NCBI GenBank assembly: GCA_964528395.1
Contig: CAZGTC010000001.1
Location: 30,046-94,045, forward strand
DNA length: 64,000 nt
From: an uncultured bacterium
GTDB lineage: Bacteria > Margulisbacteria > WOR-1 > CAZGTC01
Direction of reading: 5' to 3'
Numbering within the stretch: position 1 is the stretch's first letter; the number at the start of each line of letters is the position of its first letter. The position numbers and the translations under genes are program-made. A model generated the notes under the pieces. It saw only the letters and a list, made by a program, of their open reading frames with translations, had not been told where the DNA came from and searched no databases. Below are positions 1 to 9,350 of the stretch, one piece after another.

Positions 1-684
<684 letters not shown>

Positions 685-686
685 AT

Positions 687-1805
687 ATGGATTCAGTTGG
701 AATTGTAGAAACTAAATATTTTAATCTGCCGGGCAGGCTGGTTCTAGAAAGCGGCGAAGTTTTAGACCAGGTTGCTTTGGCGTACGAGACTTACGGCAAG
801 TTAAACGCGGATAAGAGCAATGCGATTTTAATTTTCCACGCTCTCTCGGGCGATGCGCATGCAGCAGGCAAGCATTCCGAAAACGATAAAAAAACCGGGT
901 GGTGGGATAATACCGTGGGCCCGGGCAAAGCCTTTGATACGAATAAATATTTTGTTATTTGTGCGAATACGATTGGAGGCTGCAGCGGTTCAACCGGGCC
1001 ATCATCAATCAATCCAAAAACTAACCAGGCTTATGCTTTGAATTTTCCAGCTTTTACCTTAAAAGATATTGTTAACAGCCAAATTCCATTGCTTGACCAC
1101 TTCGGTATTAAGAAAATTTTGGTTGCAACCGGCGGATCCATGGGCGGGATGCTGGCACTGCAATTTGCCATCAGCTATCCAGAGCAAGTAAAAAATATTA
1201 TTGCCATTGCAGCAACGGCCCGGCTGTCGGCCCAGAATATTGCTTTTAATGAAGTAGGCCGGCGCTCGATTATCCATGATTCCAATTGGAAGGATGGAAA
1301 TTATTACCAAGGGAAAGCTCCGGTTGACGGGCTATCCATTGCGCGCATGATCGGGCATATAACTTATTTGAGCGATGAGTCCATGCGCCGCAAGTTTGGC
1401 CGCAAGGTTAAGAATGAAAAACAAATAGAGGCAAATTTTGATGTAAAATTTGAAGTAGAAAGTTATTTGCGCCATCAAGGGATTTCTTTTACCGAGCGCT
1501 TTGATGCCAATAGCTACCTTTATATTACCAAAGCCTTGGATTATTTTGACTTGGAGCGGGATTATGGATCTTTAAAAAAAGCTTTTGAAAAAGTTCAAGC
1601 CCGCTTTTTGCTCATTTCTTTTACTTCGGATTGGCTGTTTCCAGCTTATCAGTCCTTGGAAGTGGTCAAGGCTTTGAAAGACAACCGAAAAAATGTTTCT
1701 TATTGTTCGATTGAGTGCGACTATGGGCATGACGCTTTTTTAGTAGAGGTTGAACAGCAAACCAAAACTATAAAAAGTTTTTTAGCAGCAGAGGAGCAAG
1801 GCTAA
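687..1805 (+). CDS. metX: homoserine O-acetyltransferase
   Basis: 372 aa; alpha/beta-hydrolase MetX pattern (FHALSGDAHAAG, GGSMGGM); followed by metW. Confidence 0.9.
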   Translation: MDSVGIVETKYFNLPGRLVLESGEVLDQVALAYETYGKLNADKSNAILIFHALSGDAHAAGKHSENDKKTGWWDNTVGPGKAFDTNKYFVICANTIGGCSGSTGPSSINPKTNQAYALNFPAFTLKDIVNSQIPLLDHFGIKKILVATGGSMGGMLALQFAISYPEQVKNIIAIAATARLSAQNIAFNEVGRRSIIHDSNWKDGNYYQGKAPVDGLSIARMIGHITYLSDESMRRKFGRKVKNEKQIEANFDVKFEVESYLRHQGISFTERFDANSYLYITKALDYFDLERDYGSLKKAFEKVQARFLLISFTSDWLFPAYQSLEVVKALKDNRKNVSYCSIECDYGHDAFLVEVEQQTKTIKSFLAAEEQG

Positions 1806-2404
1806 TGGCAGATAAAAATTTAAGGCCGGATAAAAAAATTATCGCAAGCCTGATTCCTGCAGGATCTCGGGTTTTGGATCTTGGTTGCGGGGACGGCACG
1901 CTTTTAAAAACTTTGATCGCTGAAAAAAAAGCCTCGGGCATGGGCATAGAAAAAGATCCCGAAGCTTTAAATATCTGCCTATCTAAGGGCTTATCGGTTT
2001 TGCAGGTTGATTTGAATGAAGGCTTGAGCAAATTTGAGGATGGTTTTTTTGATTTTGTAATTTTGAATATGACCCTCCAAGTTATTGATCGTCCGGATAG
2101 ATTGGTGAAAGAAATGGTGCGGGTGGGTAAAAAGGCTATTGTGGGGTTTCCTAATTTTGGGCTTTGGATTTTGAGATTTGGATTTTTATTAAGCGGCCGC
2201 ATGCCAAAATCCCGGACCCTGCCTTATGAATGGTACGATACGCCGAATATCCGGTTAATGACCATCAAGGATTTTCGCGGCCTTTGTAAAGAAGTTAATG
2301 TTAAGATTGAAAAAGAGATTTTTATTGATGACGATGGCAAGCTCATTGCCCCATTTTGGGTTAACTTAAGGGCCGCAGAAGGGGTTTTTCTGCTAGGCCG
2401 GTAG
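1805..2404 (+). CDS. metW: methionine biosynthesis protein MetW
   Basis: 199 aa; methyltransferase-like LDLGCGDGTLL motif; start overlaps metX stop. Confidence 0.85.
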   Translation: MADKNLRPDKKIIASLIPAGSRVLDLGCGDGTLLKTLIAEKKASGMGIEKDPEALNICLSKGLSVLQVDLNEGLSKFEDGFFDFVILNMTLQVIDRPDRLVKEMVRVGKKAIVGFPNFGLWILRFGFLLSGRMPKSRTLPYEWYDTPNIRLMTIKDFRGLCKEVNVKIEKEIFIDDDGKLIAPFWVNLRAAEGVFLLGR

Positions 2405-2458
2405 AGTTATTGTTCTAGTAGCTAATAACATTCTTTTGATTTACATTAAAAAGCGATA

Positions 2459-2863
2459 ATGATAAAATTAGCTGAAATGGATCAACAATTTACCGCAACT
2501 TTACAGTCTATATTTAAGGAAAAAAAATGGGTTAAACTGGCTTTTCTTTTTGGTTCCCAATCAAAAGGGAAAAACAGGTCGGAATCGGATTTTGATATTG
2601 CTATTTGGCCAGAAGAGACCGCCAAAGACAAAGATATCAATAATTTATGGTTGGAATTAGAAGAAACGTTAAAAAAATCCGTTGATCTGGTAAACTTATC
2701 TTCAGCTGCGCCTCTGGTTGCCTGGGAAGCCTTTAAAGGGACTCCTATAGATATAAAAGATCAGCGTTTTTATATTAACAAAATGCTTGAGGTTTCTTCT
2801 GAGGCAGAGGATTTTAGTCGGTTTGTTATTGATGTTTGGAAAGCTAGAGAGGCTAAAAAATGA
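2459..2863 (+). CDS. nucleotidyltransferase-domain protein (MNT-type antitoxin)
   Basis: 134 aa; minimal NTase motif GSQSKGKNRSESDFDIAIW; ATGA overlap with the downstream HEPN gene. Confidence 0.7.
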   Translation: MIKLAEMDQQFTATLQSIFKEKKWVKLAFLFGSQSKGKNRSESDFDIAIWPEETAKDKDINNLWLELEETLKKSVDLVNLSSAAPLVAWEAFKGTPIDIKDQRFYINKMLEVSSEAEDFSRFVIDVWKAREAKK

Positions 2864-3291
2864 TTTTTAGTGAAGCAGAAAAAGGAAGCATTTTTACCAG
2901 AATTAGTTTTCTTGAATCAGAATTAAAGGATTTGAGCGAACAAAAAAATATGGATTGGAAAACTTATTTAGAAAATAAGCTGCTTCGAAAAAATGTTGAA
3001 AGAACCATTGAAAATATTGTTAATGCGCTTATTGATATCAGTAAAATTGTTTTGTCGGATAAAGCAGCAGGAGAAATTCCGCAAACTTATGGGGCTGTCA
3101 TATTAAAGCTTTCAGAGCTTAAGATAATTGAGTTTGAGCTTGCGCAACAATTAGCAGAATATGTAAAATTAAGAAATTTTTTGTCGCATCAATATTTAGA
3201 TCTTCGTTGGGATAAGATTAAGGGGTTTTTAAAGGATGCTCCGGAGTCTTTTTCTCTATTTATCCAGCAAATCAAAAAAAATATTCCATAA
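2860..3291 (+). CDS. HepT-like HEPN-domain protein (DUF86-type toxin)
   Basis: 143 aa; Rx4HxY motif (RNFLSHQY) near the C-terminus; coupled to the upstream NTase. Confidence 0.7.
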   Translation: MIFSEAEKGSIFTRISFLESELKDLSEQKNMDWKTYLENKLLRKNVERTIENIVNALIDISKIVLSDKAAGEIPQTYGAVILKLSELKIIEFELAQQLAEYVKLRNFLSHQYLDLRWDKIKGFLKDAPESFSLFIQQIKKNIP

Positions 3292-3332
3292 TTCCTTCTA
3301 TAGATAATATTTTTATTGGATGGATAAGACTT

Positions 3333-4406
3333 ATGTGGCCTAAATTAATATCGCTTCTTAATAAAATATTTAAGCAATTGCAGCAGGTTGAGCCATTGCC
3401 AAATGAATATGATGTTGTATGGGAAGGGCCGTATTTTATTCCCCAAAAAAAGAAATGGTCCCCTTCGCAATTTTTGTATTATAACGGAATTCTTTATTGT
3501 TCTCTTTTTATTGATTGGGGTACTTATCGTATGGATTGGAAGATAAAAGATAAAAAAATAAATTTTGAAACAGGATCTGGCAGCGGAGGAGATTATTATA
3601 ACAATGAATATCTCTGGGAAAGAGCTTTGACACAGATTTATCAAAGATTAAAAAGCGCTTTGAAGAATCCAGAAAGATATAATCGACACGTAAAACAATA
3701 TTTGCCATTTGCTTGTCAAGAGGGAAAAATTGAGCGCCGTTATACTTGGGATAGAAAAACAAAAAGTATTATTCCTTTTTCAAAAATTCAACACTTAGAA
3801 GATTTGCTAGCTGAAGCAGCTAAGTTGGAATATTTATCTCAAATGACACTTAGAAAATATTTAGAAACTGTTGCTATTACAAAAAATGCAGTGTTTAAAG
3901 GCTTAAAATCTTTATCTCTTGTTGAAAAATACAAGAAGCGAGCAGATACTAGGCATGGAGGCTTGCTTGATCTTCCTATGGATGATGCTGAGGCTTTTAA
4001 AAATTGGTATTGCTCAGGACGTTGGGCAGGATCTCATCCTTGGGAGATTGTTTATGGCCATCCCCATGGGATTATGCTAGCGCCACATCATGATGAAAAA
4101 GGTTGGAAATATATCTTATGGGTGGATTCCCTGGGCTGGTATGATTCGGCTGCTTATATGGCCATTGCTCTTGGAGAGAAGAAAATTTTCTTTGAGTTTC
4201 GCGACTCTCAAGAAATAATATCAGCTTTAAAAGGGGCAGATTTAGTGGAGGTTGGGCCCTTTTTTAGGATGGTTTCGTATGAGGAATTAAAGAGGGAGCG
4301 GCCGGAGGTAATAAAATATATTCAATGGAAACCCCTTTCACAATTTAAACTTATTACTCCAAATCAAAAAGAGCGCTTGCAAAGTATGCTTAAAGGAGTT
4401 TTATGA
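3333..4406 (+). CDS. hypothetical protein
   Basis: 357-aa ORF with ATG start; no family recognised by eye; 4-nt overlap with the next gene. Confidence 0.5.
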   Translation: MWPKLISLLNKIFKQLQQVEPLPNEYDVVWEGPYFIPQKKKWSPSQFLYYNGILYCSLFIDWGTYRMDWKIKDKKINFETGSGSGGDYYNNEYLWERALTQIYQRLKSALKNPERYNRHVKQYLPFACQEGKIERRYTWDRKTKSIIPFSKIQHLEDLLAEAAKLEYLSQMTLRKYLETVAITKNAVFKGLKSLSLVEKYKKRADTRHGGLLDLPMDDAEAFKNWYCSGRWAGSHPWEIVYGHPHGIMLAPHHDEKGWKYILWVDSLGWYDSAAYMAIALGEKKIFFEFRDSQEIISALKGADLVEVGPFFRMVSYEELKRERPEVIKYIQWKPLSQFKLITPNQKERLQSMLKGVL

Positions 4407-4963
4407 ATATTTTAGCTATATTAGGCAGTCCTCGTCGAGGCGGAAATTGTGAAAAGCTGCTGGATCAAGCTATTAAAAGTCAAAAGTCACAAGTTAAAAG
4501 TCACAAGTTAAAAGTCACAAGTTGCAAGAAAATCATTTTAAATGAATTAAATTTTCGGCCGTGCCAAGCGTGTGAAGAGATAAATCAAGACGGCACCTGC
4601 AAGATTCAAGATGATTTCAAGATCATTGAAAAAGCGGTTTTTGAGGCTGACATTATAATTTTGGCTTCACCTATTTATTTTGGTTCAATTTCTGCGCAAA
4701 CAAAAATGATGATTGACCGCTTCCAATGCCTTTGGCGAGCAAAAGAAAAGGGCCAAGTAGTCCCGCCTCTATATCATATAATAATGTTGCGGGATCCCGT
4801 ATGCGGGACAAGGGCCAAGGGCCAAAAAAAAGGATTCTTTATTTGTGTGCAGGCGGGAAATCGGACGGACTTTTTTGATAATGCCAGGGCAATCGTAAAA
4901 AACTTTTTTGCAACTATCGGCGCTTCTTACGAAAAAGAATTATTAGTCCCCAACCGAGAATAA
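4403..4963 (+). CDS. flavodoxin-like NAD(P)H-dependent FMN reductase / iron-sulfur flavoprotein family
   Basis: 186 aa; N-terminal ILGSPRRGGN and ILASPIYFGS flavodoxin-fold signatures; contains an in-frame tandem DNA repeat at ~4483-4530. Confidence 0.65.
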   Translation: MNILAILGSPRRGGNCEKLLDQAIKSQKSQVKSHKLKVTSCKKIILNELNFRPCQACEEINQDGTCKIQDDFKIIEKAVFEADIIILASPIYFGSISAQTKMMIDRFQCLWRAKEKGQVVPPLYHIIMLRDPVCGTRAKGQKKGFFICVQAGNRTDFFDNARAIVKNFFATIGASYEKELLVPNRE

Positions 4964-4977
4964 AGAAACTCTTAAAA

Positions 4978-5150
4978 GCCCTCATCCTAACTTCCCCAAA
5001 CTTGAAAGCTTTCTTTTCTGCAACCTTCTCCCACAGGAGAAGGAATGATTTTTAAACAAAAACTTATTTAGTCCCTCTCCTTTTAGGAGAGGGTTGTTTT
5101 GGAATTAGCTAACACATAAGAGATGTTGGGTGAGGTTTTAGCAGACCCAC
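4978..5150 (+). repeat. MITE-like composite intergenic repeat, copy A
   Basis: Modules ccctcatcct ... ccttctcc-caca-ggagaagg (5024-5043) ... ccctctcc-tttta-ggagaggg (5073-5093) ... gggtgagg (5128-5135); same module order as copies at 20800, 22827 and 61364. Confidence 0.6.
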
Positions 5151-5162
5151 CTAAAAAACTTC

Positions 5163-5190
5163 TTGACAATATTTTTTTGGCAAGTATAAT
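5163..5190 (+). promoter_or_regulatory. sigma70-type promoter upstream of hcp
   Basis: TTGACA (5163-5168), 16-nt spacer, TATAAT (5185-5190); RBS AAGGAGA precedes the ATG at 5234. Confidence 0.55.
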
Positions 5191-5233
5191 AGGTATAGCA
5201 AGTACTTATTATAAATAATTAAAGGAGAAAAAT

Positions 5234-6823
5234 ATGAATATGTTTTGCTTTCAATGCGAACAAGCCGCCAAAGGAAAAGGGTGCGAGATCCAAGGGGTAT
5301 GCGGAAAAAAGCCTGAAGTCGCGGCTCTGCAGGATTTGCTTGTTTATAAATTGCTACGAATTGCTGTCCTTAGCGACAAGTCGCGACTTGTTGCTAGGGA
5401 TAATTTTATAATTGAAGCTCTATTTTCAACTGTAACTAATGTTGATTTTGACCCAAAAAGGCTAAAAAAATATATTGATAAGGCGGATGAAATATTGGAA
5501 ACAAACGCAAGCCTTGAGATTGATGATTTAATCAAACAAGGCCAAGCCATCCAGTCAAAGCTCTTTTTTAATTTAACTGAAAATTCAGACGTTAATAGCT
5601 TAAAAAGCCTGCTTTTATTTGGTTTAAAGGGCATGGCTGCTTATTATGACCATGCTTCAATTTTGGGGCAAAAAGACGAAGCTGTAATATCTTTCTTTTA
5701 TAAAGGGTTAAACGCCTTGGCCGCGGAAAATATTTCAGTAGACGAGCTGATCAGCTTAAATATGGAGTTTGGCCAGGTTAATCTAAAATGCTTGGAGCTT
5801 TTGGACAAGGCAAATACCCAGCATTTTGGGCATCCTGTGCCGACCAAAGTTTCTCTCGGGGTAAAAAAAGGCCTAGCGATTTTGGTTTCTGGCCATGATT
5901 TATTAGATTTAGAAGAACTGTTAAAACAAACCGAAGGCAAAGGCATAAACATTTATACTCACGGAGAAATGCTGCCTGCTCATGGCTACCCAGCCTTAAA
6001 AAAATATAAGCATTTGGCGGGGAATTACGGTGGAGCCTGGCAAGACCAATATAAAGAATTTGCAGCTTTTCCGGGTGCGATTTTAATGACTACTAATTGT
6101 ATCCAAAGGCCCGCGGATTCTTATAAAAATAGGATTTTTACAACTGGGCTGGCGGCTTGGCCGGAAGTTGTACATATTTCAGATCGAGAACCTGGCAAGC
6201 CAAAAGATTTTTCTCCTTTGATTGAGGCAGCCAAAAAAGCTGACGGGTTTGAAAAAGATGAAGAGGGAAAAGAAATAATGGTGGGGTTTGGCCGCAATGC
6301 AGTGATGTCGATAGCAGATGAAATAATAGAGGCAATCGAAGCGGACCAAATCAAACATTTCTTTTTGATCGGCGGATGCGATGGGGCAAAGCCGGGCAGG
6401 AATTATTATACGGAATTTGCGCAATTAGCACCGAAAGATACAGTGGTTTTAACTTTGGCGTGTGGTAAGTACCGCTTTAATAAACTGGATTTTGGCGATA
6501 TTAACGGAATCCCGCGGCTTTTAGATATCGGCCAGTGCAATGATGCTTATTCTGCGATCCAGATTGCCTTGGCCTTAAGCAAAGCTTTTAACATGGGAGT
6601 AAATGAGCTTCCTTTGTCTTTAATTTTATCCTGGTACGAGCAAAAAGCAGTTTGTATTTTACTAACTCTGTTATCTTTGGGAATAAAAAATATAAAGCTT
6701 GGGCCCAGCCTGCCAGCTTTTATCTCTCCCAATGTCTTAAAAGTACTGGTTGAAAAGTTTAATATCGCGCCGGTGAAGACAGCACAGGAGGATTTGAAAG
6801 AGATATTAGAAAAAAAGGGATAA
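5234..6823 (+). CDS. hcp: hydroxylamine reductase / hybrid-cluster protein
   Basis: 529 aa; N-terminal Cys cluster FCFQCEQ...C...GVCGK and conserved GHD, GGCDGA, ACGKYRFN, GQCNDAYS blocks. Confidence 0.9.
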   Translation: MNMFCFQCEQAAKGKGCEIQGVCGKKPEVAALQDLLVYKLLRIAVLSDKSRLVARDNFIIEALFSTVTNVDFDPKRLKKYIDKADEILETNASLEIDDLIKQGQAIQSKLFFNLTENSDVNSLKSLLLFGLKGMAAYYDHASILGQKDEAVISFFYKGLNALAAENISVDELISLNMEFGQVNLKCLELLDKANTQHFGHPVPTKVSLGVKKGLAILVSGHDLLDLEELLKQTEGKGINIYTHGEMLPAHGYPALKKYKHLAGNYGGAWQDQYKEFAAFPGAILMTTNCIQRPADSYKNRIFTTGLAAWPEVVHISDREPGKPKDFSPLIEAAKKADGFEKDEEGKEIMVGFGRNAVMSIADEIIEAIEADQIKHFFLIGGCDGAKPGRNYYTEFAQLAPKDTVVLTLACGKYRFNKLDFGDINGIPRLLDIGQCNDAYSAIQIALALSKAFNMGVNELPLSLILSWYEQKAVCILLTLLSLGIKNIKLGPSLPAFISPNVLKVLVEKFNIAPVKTAQEDLKEILEKKG

Positions 6824-6865
6824 GGTGAGGGAGAAGAATGAGTTTTTTAGAAAGGAGGTGAAAAA

Positions 6866-7159
6866 ATGACAATTGACGAACTTAATATTTTTTTAGAGAA
6901 AAATTTAGAAGTTGAATGGCATCAAGATGATGACGGAACTATTTATTTGCGCCATTCGACATTTGACGATCCAACAGAAAAGCTTAAGATTGCACCTGGT
7001 GCGCTAGAAAAGATCTCGGTTTCACAACTAAAATCTTTGCTAGTGGGTGGCCGCAATATAGAGCATATTACCCGCATAACCGGGTATTTTTCAAAAGTTG
7101 AGGGCTGGAATAAGGGAAAACAAGGAGAATTAAGGGATCGGCAGAGGGTAGCGGTATAG
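6866..7159 (+). CDS. small protein resembling the glycyl-radical C-terminus of class III ribonucleotide reductase NrdD
   Basis: 97 aa; C-terminal TRITGYFSKVEGWNKGKQGELRDR resembles the NrdD motif TRVCGYLG...NAGKQEEVKRR; strong RBS GAAAGGAGGTG. Confidence 0.5.
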   Translation: MTIDELNIFLEKNLEVEWHQDDDGTIYLRHSTFDDPTEKLKIAPGALEKISVSQLKSLLVGGRNIEHITRITGYFSKVEGWNKGKQGELRDRQRVAV

Positions 7160-7171
7160 ATTTTTCTCAAT

Positions 7172-7258
7172 GTCATTGCGAGGAACGGAGTAACGAAGCA
7201 ATCTGTTTCTTATGCGAAACAAGATTGCTTCACTTCGTTCGCAATGACGGTTAAGGGG
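7172..7258. repeat. imperfect ~35-bp-arm inverted repeat (hairpin)
   Basis: gtcattgcgaggaacggagtaacgaagcaatctgtttc ... gaaacaagattgcttcacttcgttcgcaatgac; lies between the nrdD-like ORF and the Rrf2 gene. Confidence 0.5.
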
Positions 7259-7265
7259 AGGTTTT

Positions 7266-7652
7266 ATGCACATAACTAGAGCTGCGGATTTTGCAGTACG
7301 CATACTCTTATTTTTGGCGCGCAATGAAAGAGGAACGAGCAAAGAAATCGCCCAAAAAATGCAGGTTCCTTTTAATCATTTGGCCAAGCTGGTTCAAACG
7401 CTGGCTAAAAAGAAGCTGATTATCAGCCGGAAAGGCAAGGGCGGGGGATTGGCGCTGGCTTTGCCGCCTCAAAAAATTACTTTGCTTAAAGTGATAGAAG
7501 CAATCGAGGGGCCGATCTTGTTGAGCCAGTGTATTTTTTCAAAAAAAGTGTGCTGTTTTGGAAAAAAATGCAAAGTGCGCCTCTGTTTATCGTCAGCTCA
7601 AGAAAAATTAAAAGAAACTCTTTCAAAAGGGACGATTAGTGACCTTCTCTAA
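7266..7652 (+). CDS. Rrf2-family transcriptional regulator
   Basis: 128 aa; N-terminal wHTH (ADFAVRILLFLA), C-terminal cysteines; adjacent to hcp. Confidence 0.8.
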   Translation: MHITRAADFAVRILLFLARNERGTSKEIAQKMQVPFNHLAKLVQTLAKKKLIISRKGKGGGLALALPPQKITLLKVIEAIEGPILLSQCIFSKKVCCFGKKCKVRLCLSSAQEKLKETLSKGTISDLL

Positions 7653-8037
7653 GAAAAATTTATTAAATAAAATGCGGGATTATTTTGGCTCTGACCAAAA
7701 AAGGATTCAGCATGCGGAAAAAGTTTTAGCCGCAGCGGAAAAAGTTTTAAAAACAGAAAAGGGAAATCCCGAGGTAGTTATTGCCAGCGCTATTTTGCAC
7801 GATATTGGAATTAACGAAGCCGAGAGGAAATATCATAGCAATGCTGGAAAATACCAAGAAATTGAAGGCCCGCCCATTGCCCGGAAAATTTTGGAAGAAG
7901 TTGGCATGGATAAAAATATTATTCAAGAAATTTGCGAGATTATTGCCCATCATCATTCTCCCGGCAAAGTGAATACTTTAAATTTTAAAATTTTGTATGA
8001 TGCAGATGGAATAGTGAATAAGTCAGAAGGCGGATAA
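7639..8037 (+). CDS. HD-domain phosphohydrolase
   Basis: 132 aa; ILHDIG ... HHHS ... YDADG metal-binding pattern. Confidence 0.7.
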   Translation: MTFSKKNLLNKMRDYFGSDQKRIQHAEKVLAAAEKVLKTEKGNPEVVIASAILHDIGINEAERKYHSNAGKYQEIEGPPIARKILEEVGMDKNIIQEICEIIAHHHSPGKVNTLNFKILYDADGIVNKSEGG

Positions 8038-8109
8038 TTTTTTATGCTACAATACTTATGCTTTTATTCACACCTCGCTAAATTTAAAACTTATAATTAA
8101 TCTGAGGGG

Positions 8110-9333
8110 TTGAATATGTGGAAACGATTTTTATTGCTGCTTATTGTTTTAAATTTTAGCTCTTTAGCTTTTGCCTTAACTCTGGACCAAGCAATCCATC
8201 TAGCTTATAAAAATAACTATATTTTGCAAAAGCAGCAAGCCCGGCTTCAGGCCGCGAAGTCAAAAACCTGGTATAAAAGCTGGCTGGAGCAGCCTAGTTT
8301 AATTTATAATTTCAAAGAAATCCCGGTTAGCAGCCTTAATCCTTCACGCGCAGCCAAAAATCAATATGGAATTGGCCAAAAAATCCCCTTTCCCTATAAA
8401 TTATGGCTAAAACACGACCTGGCTTTAAACGATGAATCAAAGTCCAATTTCGAACTGCAGCAGATGCGCTATGAAGTGCGCGCCAAAGTTACAGCGGCTT
8501 ATTACAACTTATATCTTTCCCAAAAAGAAGATGAAATAACTAAACAAAGTTTAGATATATTAGCGCAGCTAAAAGAAATTGCCGCCAATAAATATAGGAT
8601 CAATCAAGCGGCATATTCAGATTTGTTATCTGCCCAGACCGAATATGCGGTTTTGAAGGAAAAGAGCCAAACCCTGCAGCAAAAAATTGCCCTGGCGGAA
8701 ACAAAGCTGAATAATTTTCTTAATCAAAAAATAAATTCAACCGTTGAAACCGACCCTAATTTTGAATTCAATCTTTTGCCCAAAAATACGCTGAAAGAAA
8801 AAGCAATGAAAAACAATTATTCCCTGCAAAAAATAAAGGCAGAACAAGAACTGCAAGCCGGGATGCTATTATTGAAAAAATTGGATTATGTCCCCGACCT
8901 TAGCTTAACTTATCTTAAAACAGACCATCCGGCAACCGGGATGAGCGATTGGGATTTTATGCTCATGGCAGAGGTGCCTTTATGGTTTTGGGCAAAGCAA
9001 GGAGAAGTGAACCAAGAATATTATATGCAAAGCGCAATAGATGCTTCTTACCAGGACCAAATAAATGAAATTAATGAAAAAGTAGAAGAATATTATATTG
9101 ATTTGGATGAATCCTTAAGGATGGAAAAAGCTTTTAGGAAAGAAGTCCTGCCCAAAAATAAAGCAGCTTTGAATTCTGCGCAAACTGCTTATATTAATAG
9201 CAAAATGGACTTTATTTCTTTGCTGAATATCCAAAAAATGTACCAGGAAAACCAGATTGAATACCAGCGGCATTTGGCTAATATCCAAGCTTCCAAGGCA
9301 GAATTAGAGGCTTTGTTGGGCCAAGAAATTTAA
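8110..9333 (+). CDS. TolC-family outer-membrane efflux protein
   Basis: 407 aa; signal peptide; coiled-coil-rich OEP-like sequence; first gene of an RND efflux operon. Confidence 0.8.
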   Translation: MNMWKRFLLLLIVLNFSSLAFALTLDQAIHLAYKNNYILQKQQARLQAAKSKTWYKSWLEQPSLIYNFKEIPVSSLNPSRAAKNQYGIGQKIPFPYKLWLKHDLALNDESKSNFELQQMRYEVRAKVTAAYYNLYLSQKEDEITKQSLDILAQLKEIAANKYRINQAAYSDLLSAQTEYAVLKEKSQTLQQKIALAETKLNNFLNQKINSTVETDPNFEFNLLPKNTLKEKAMKNNYSLQKIKAEQELQAGMLLLKKLDYVPDLSLTYLKTDHPATGMSDWDFMLMAEVPLWFWAKQGEVNQEYYMQSAIDASYQDQINEINEKVEEYYIDLDESLRMEKAFRKEVLPKNKAALNSAQTAYINSKMDFISLLNIQKMYQENQIEYQRHLANIQASKAELEALLGQEI

Positions 9334-9350
9334 AAAGAGGAGAAAAAACC

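Noticed and set aside
4480-4535. Tandem repeats considered as a possible CRISPR array (also 30085-30125)
   Set aside because: Units are ~12 nt with no spacers and lie in frame within a CDS or in a short intergenic tract; no cas genes in window
5344-6732. Several 60-100-aa minus-strand ORFs inside hcp (e.g. 5344-5634, 6179-6424)
   Set aside because: Antisense to a confidently identified gene; no RBS or homology
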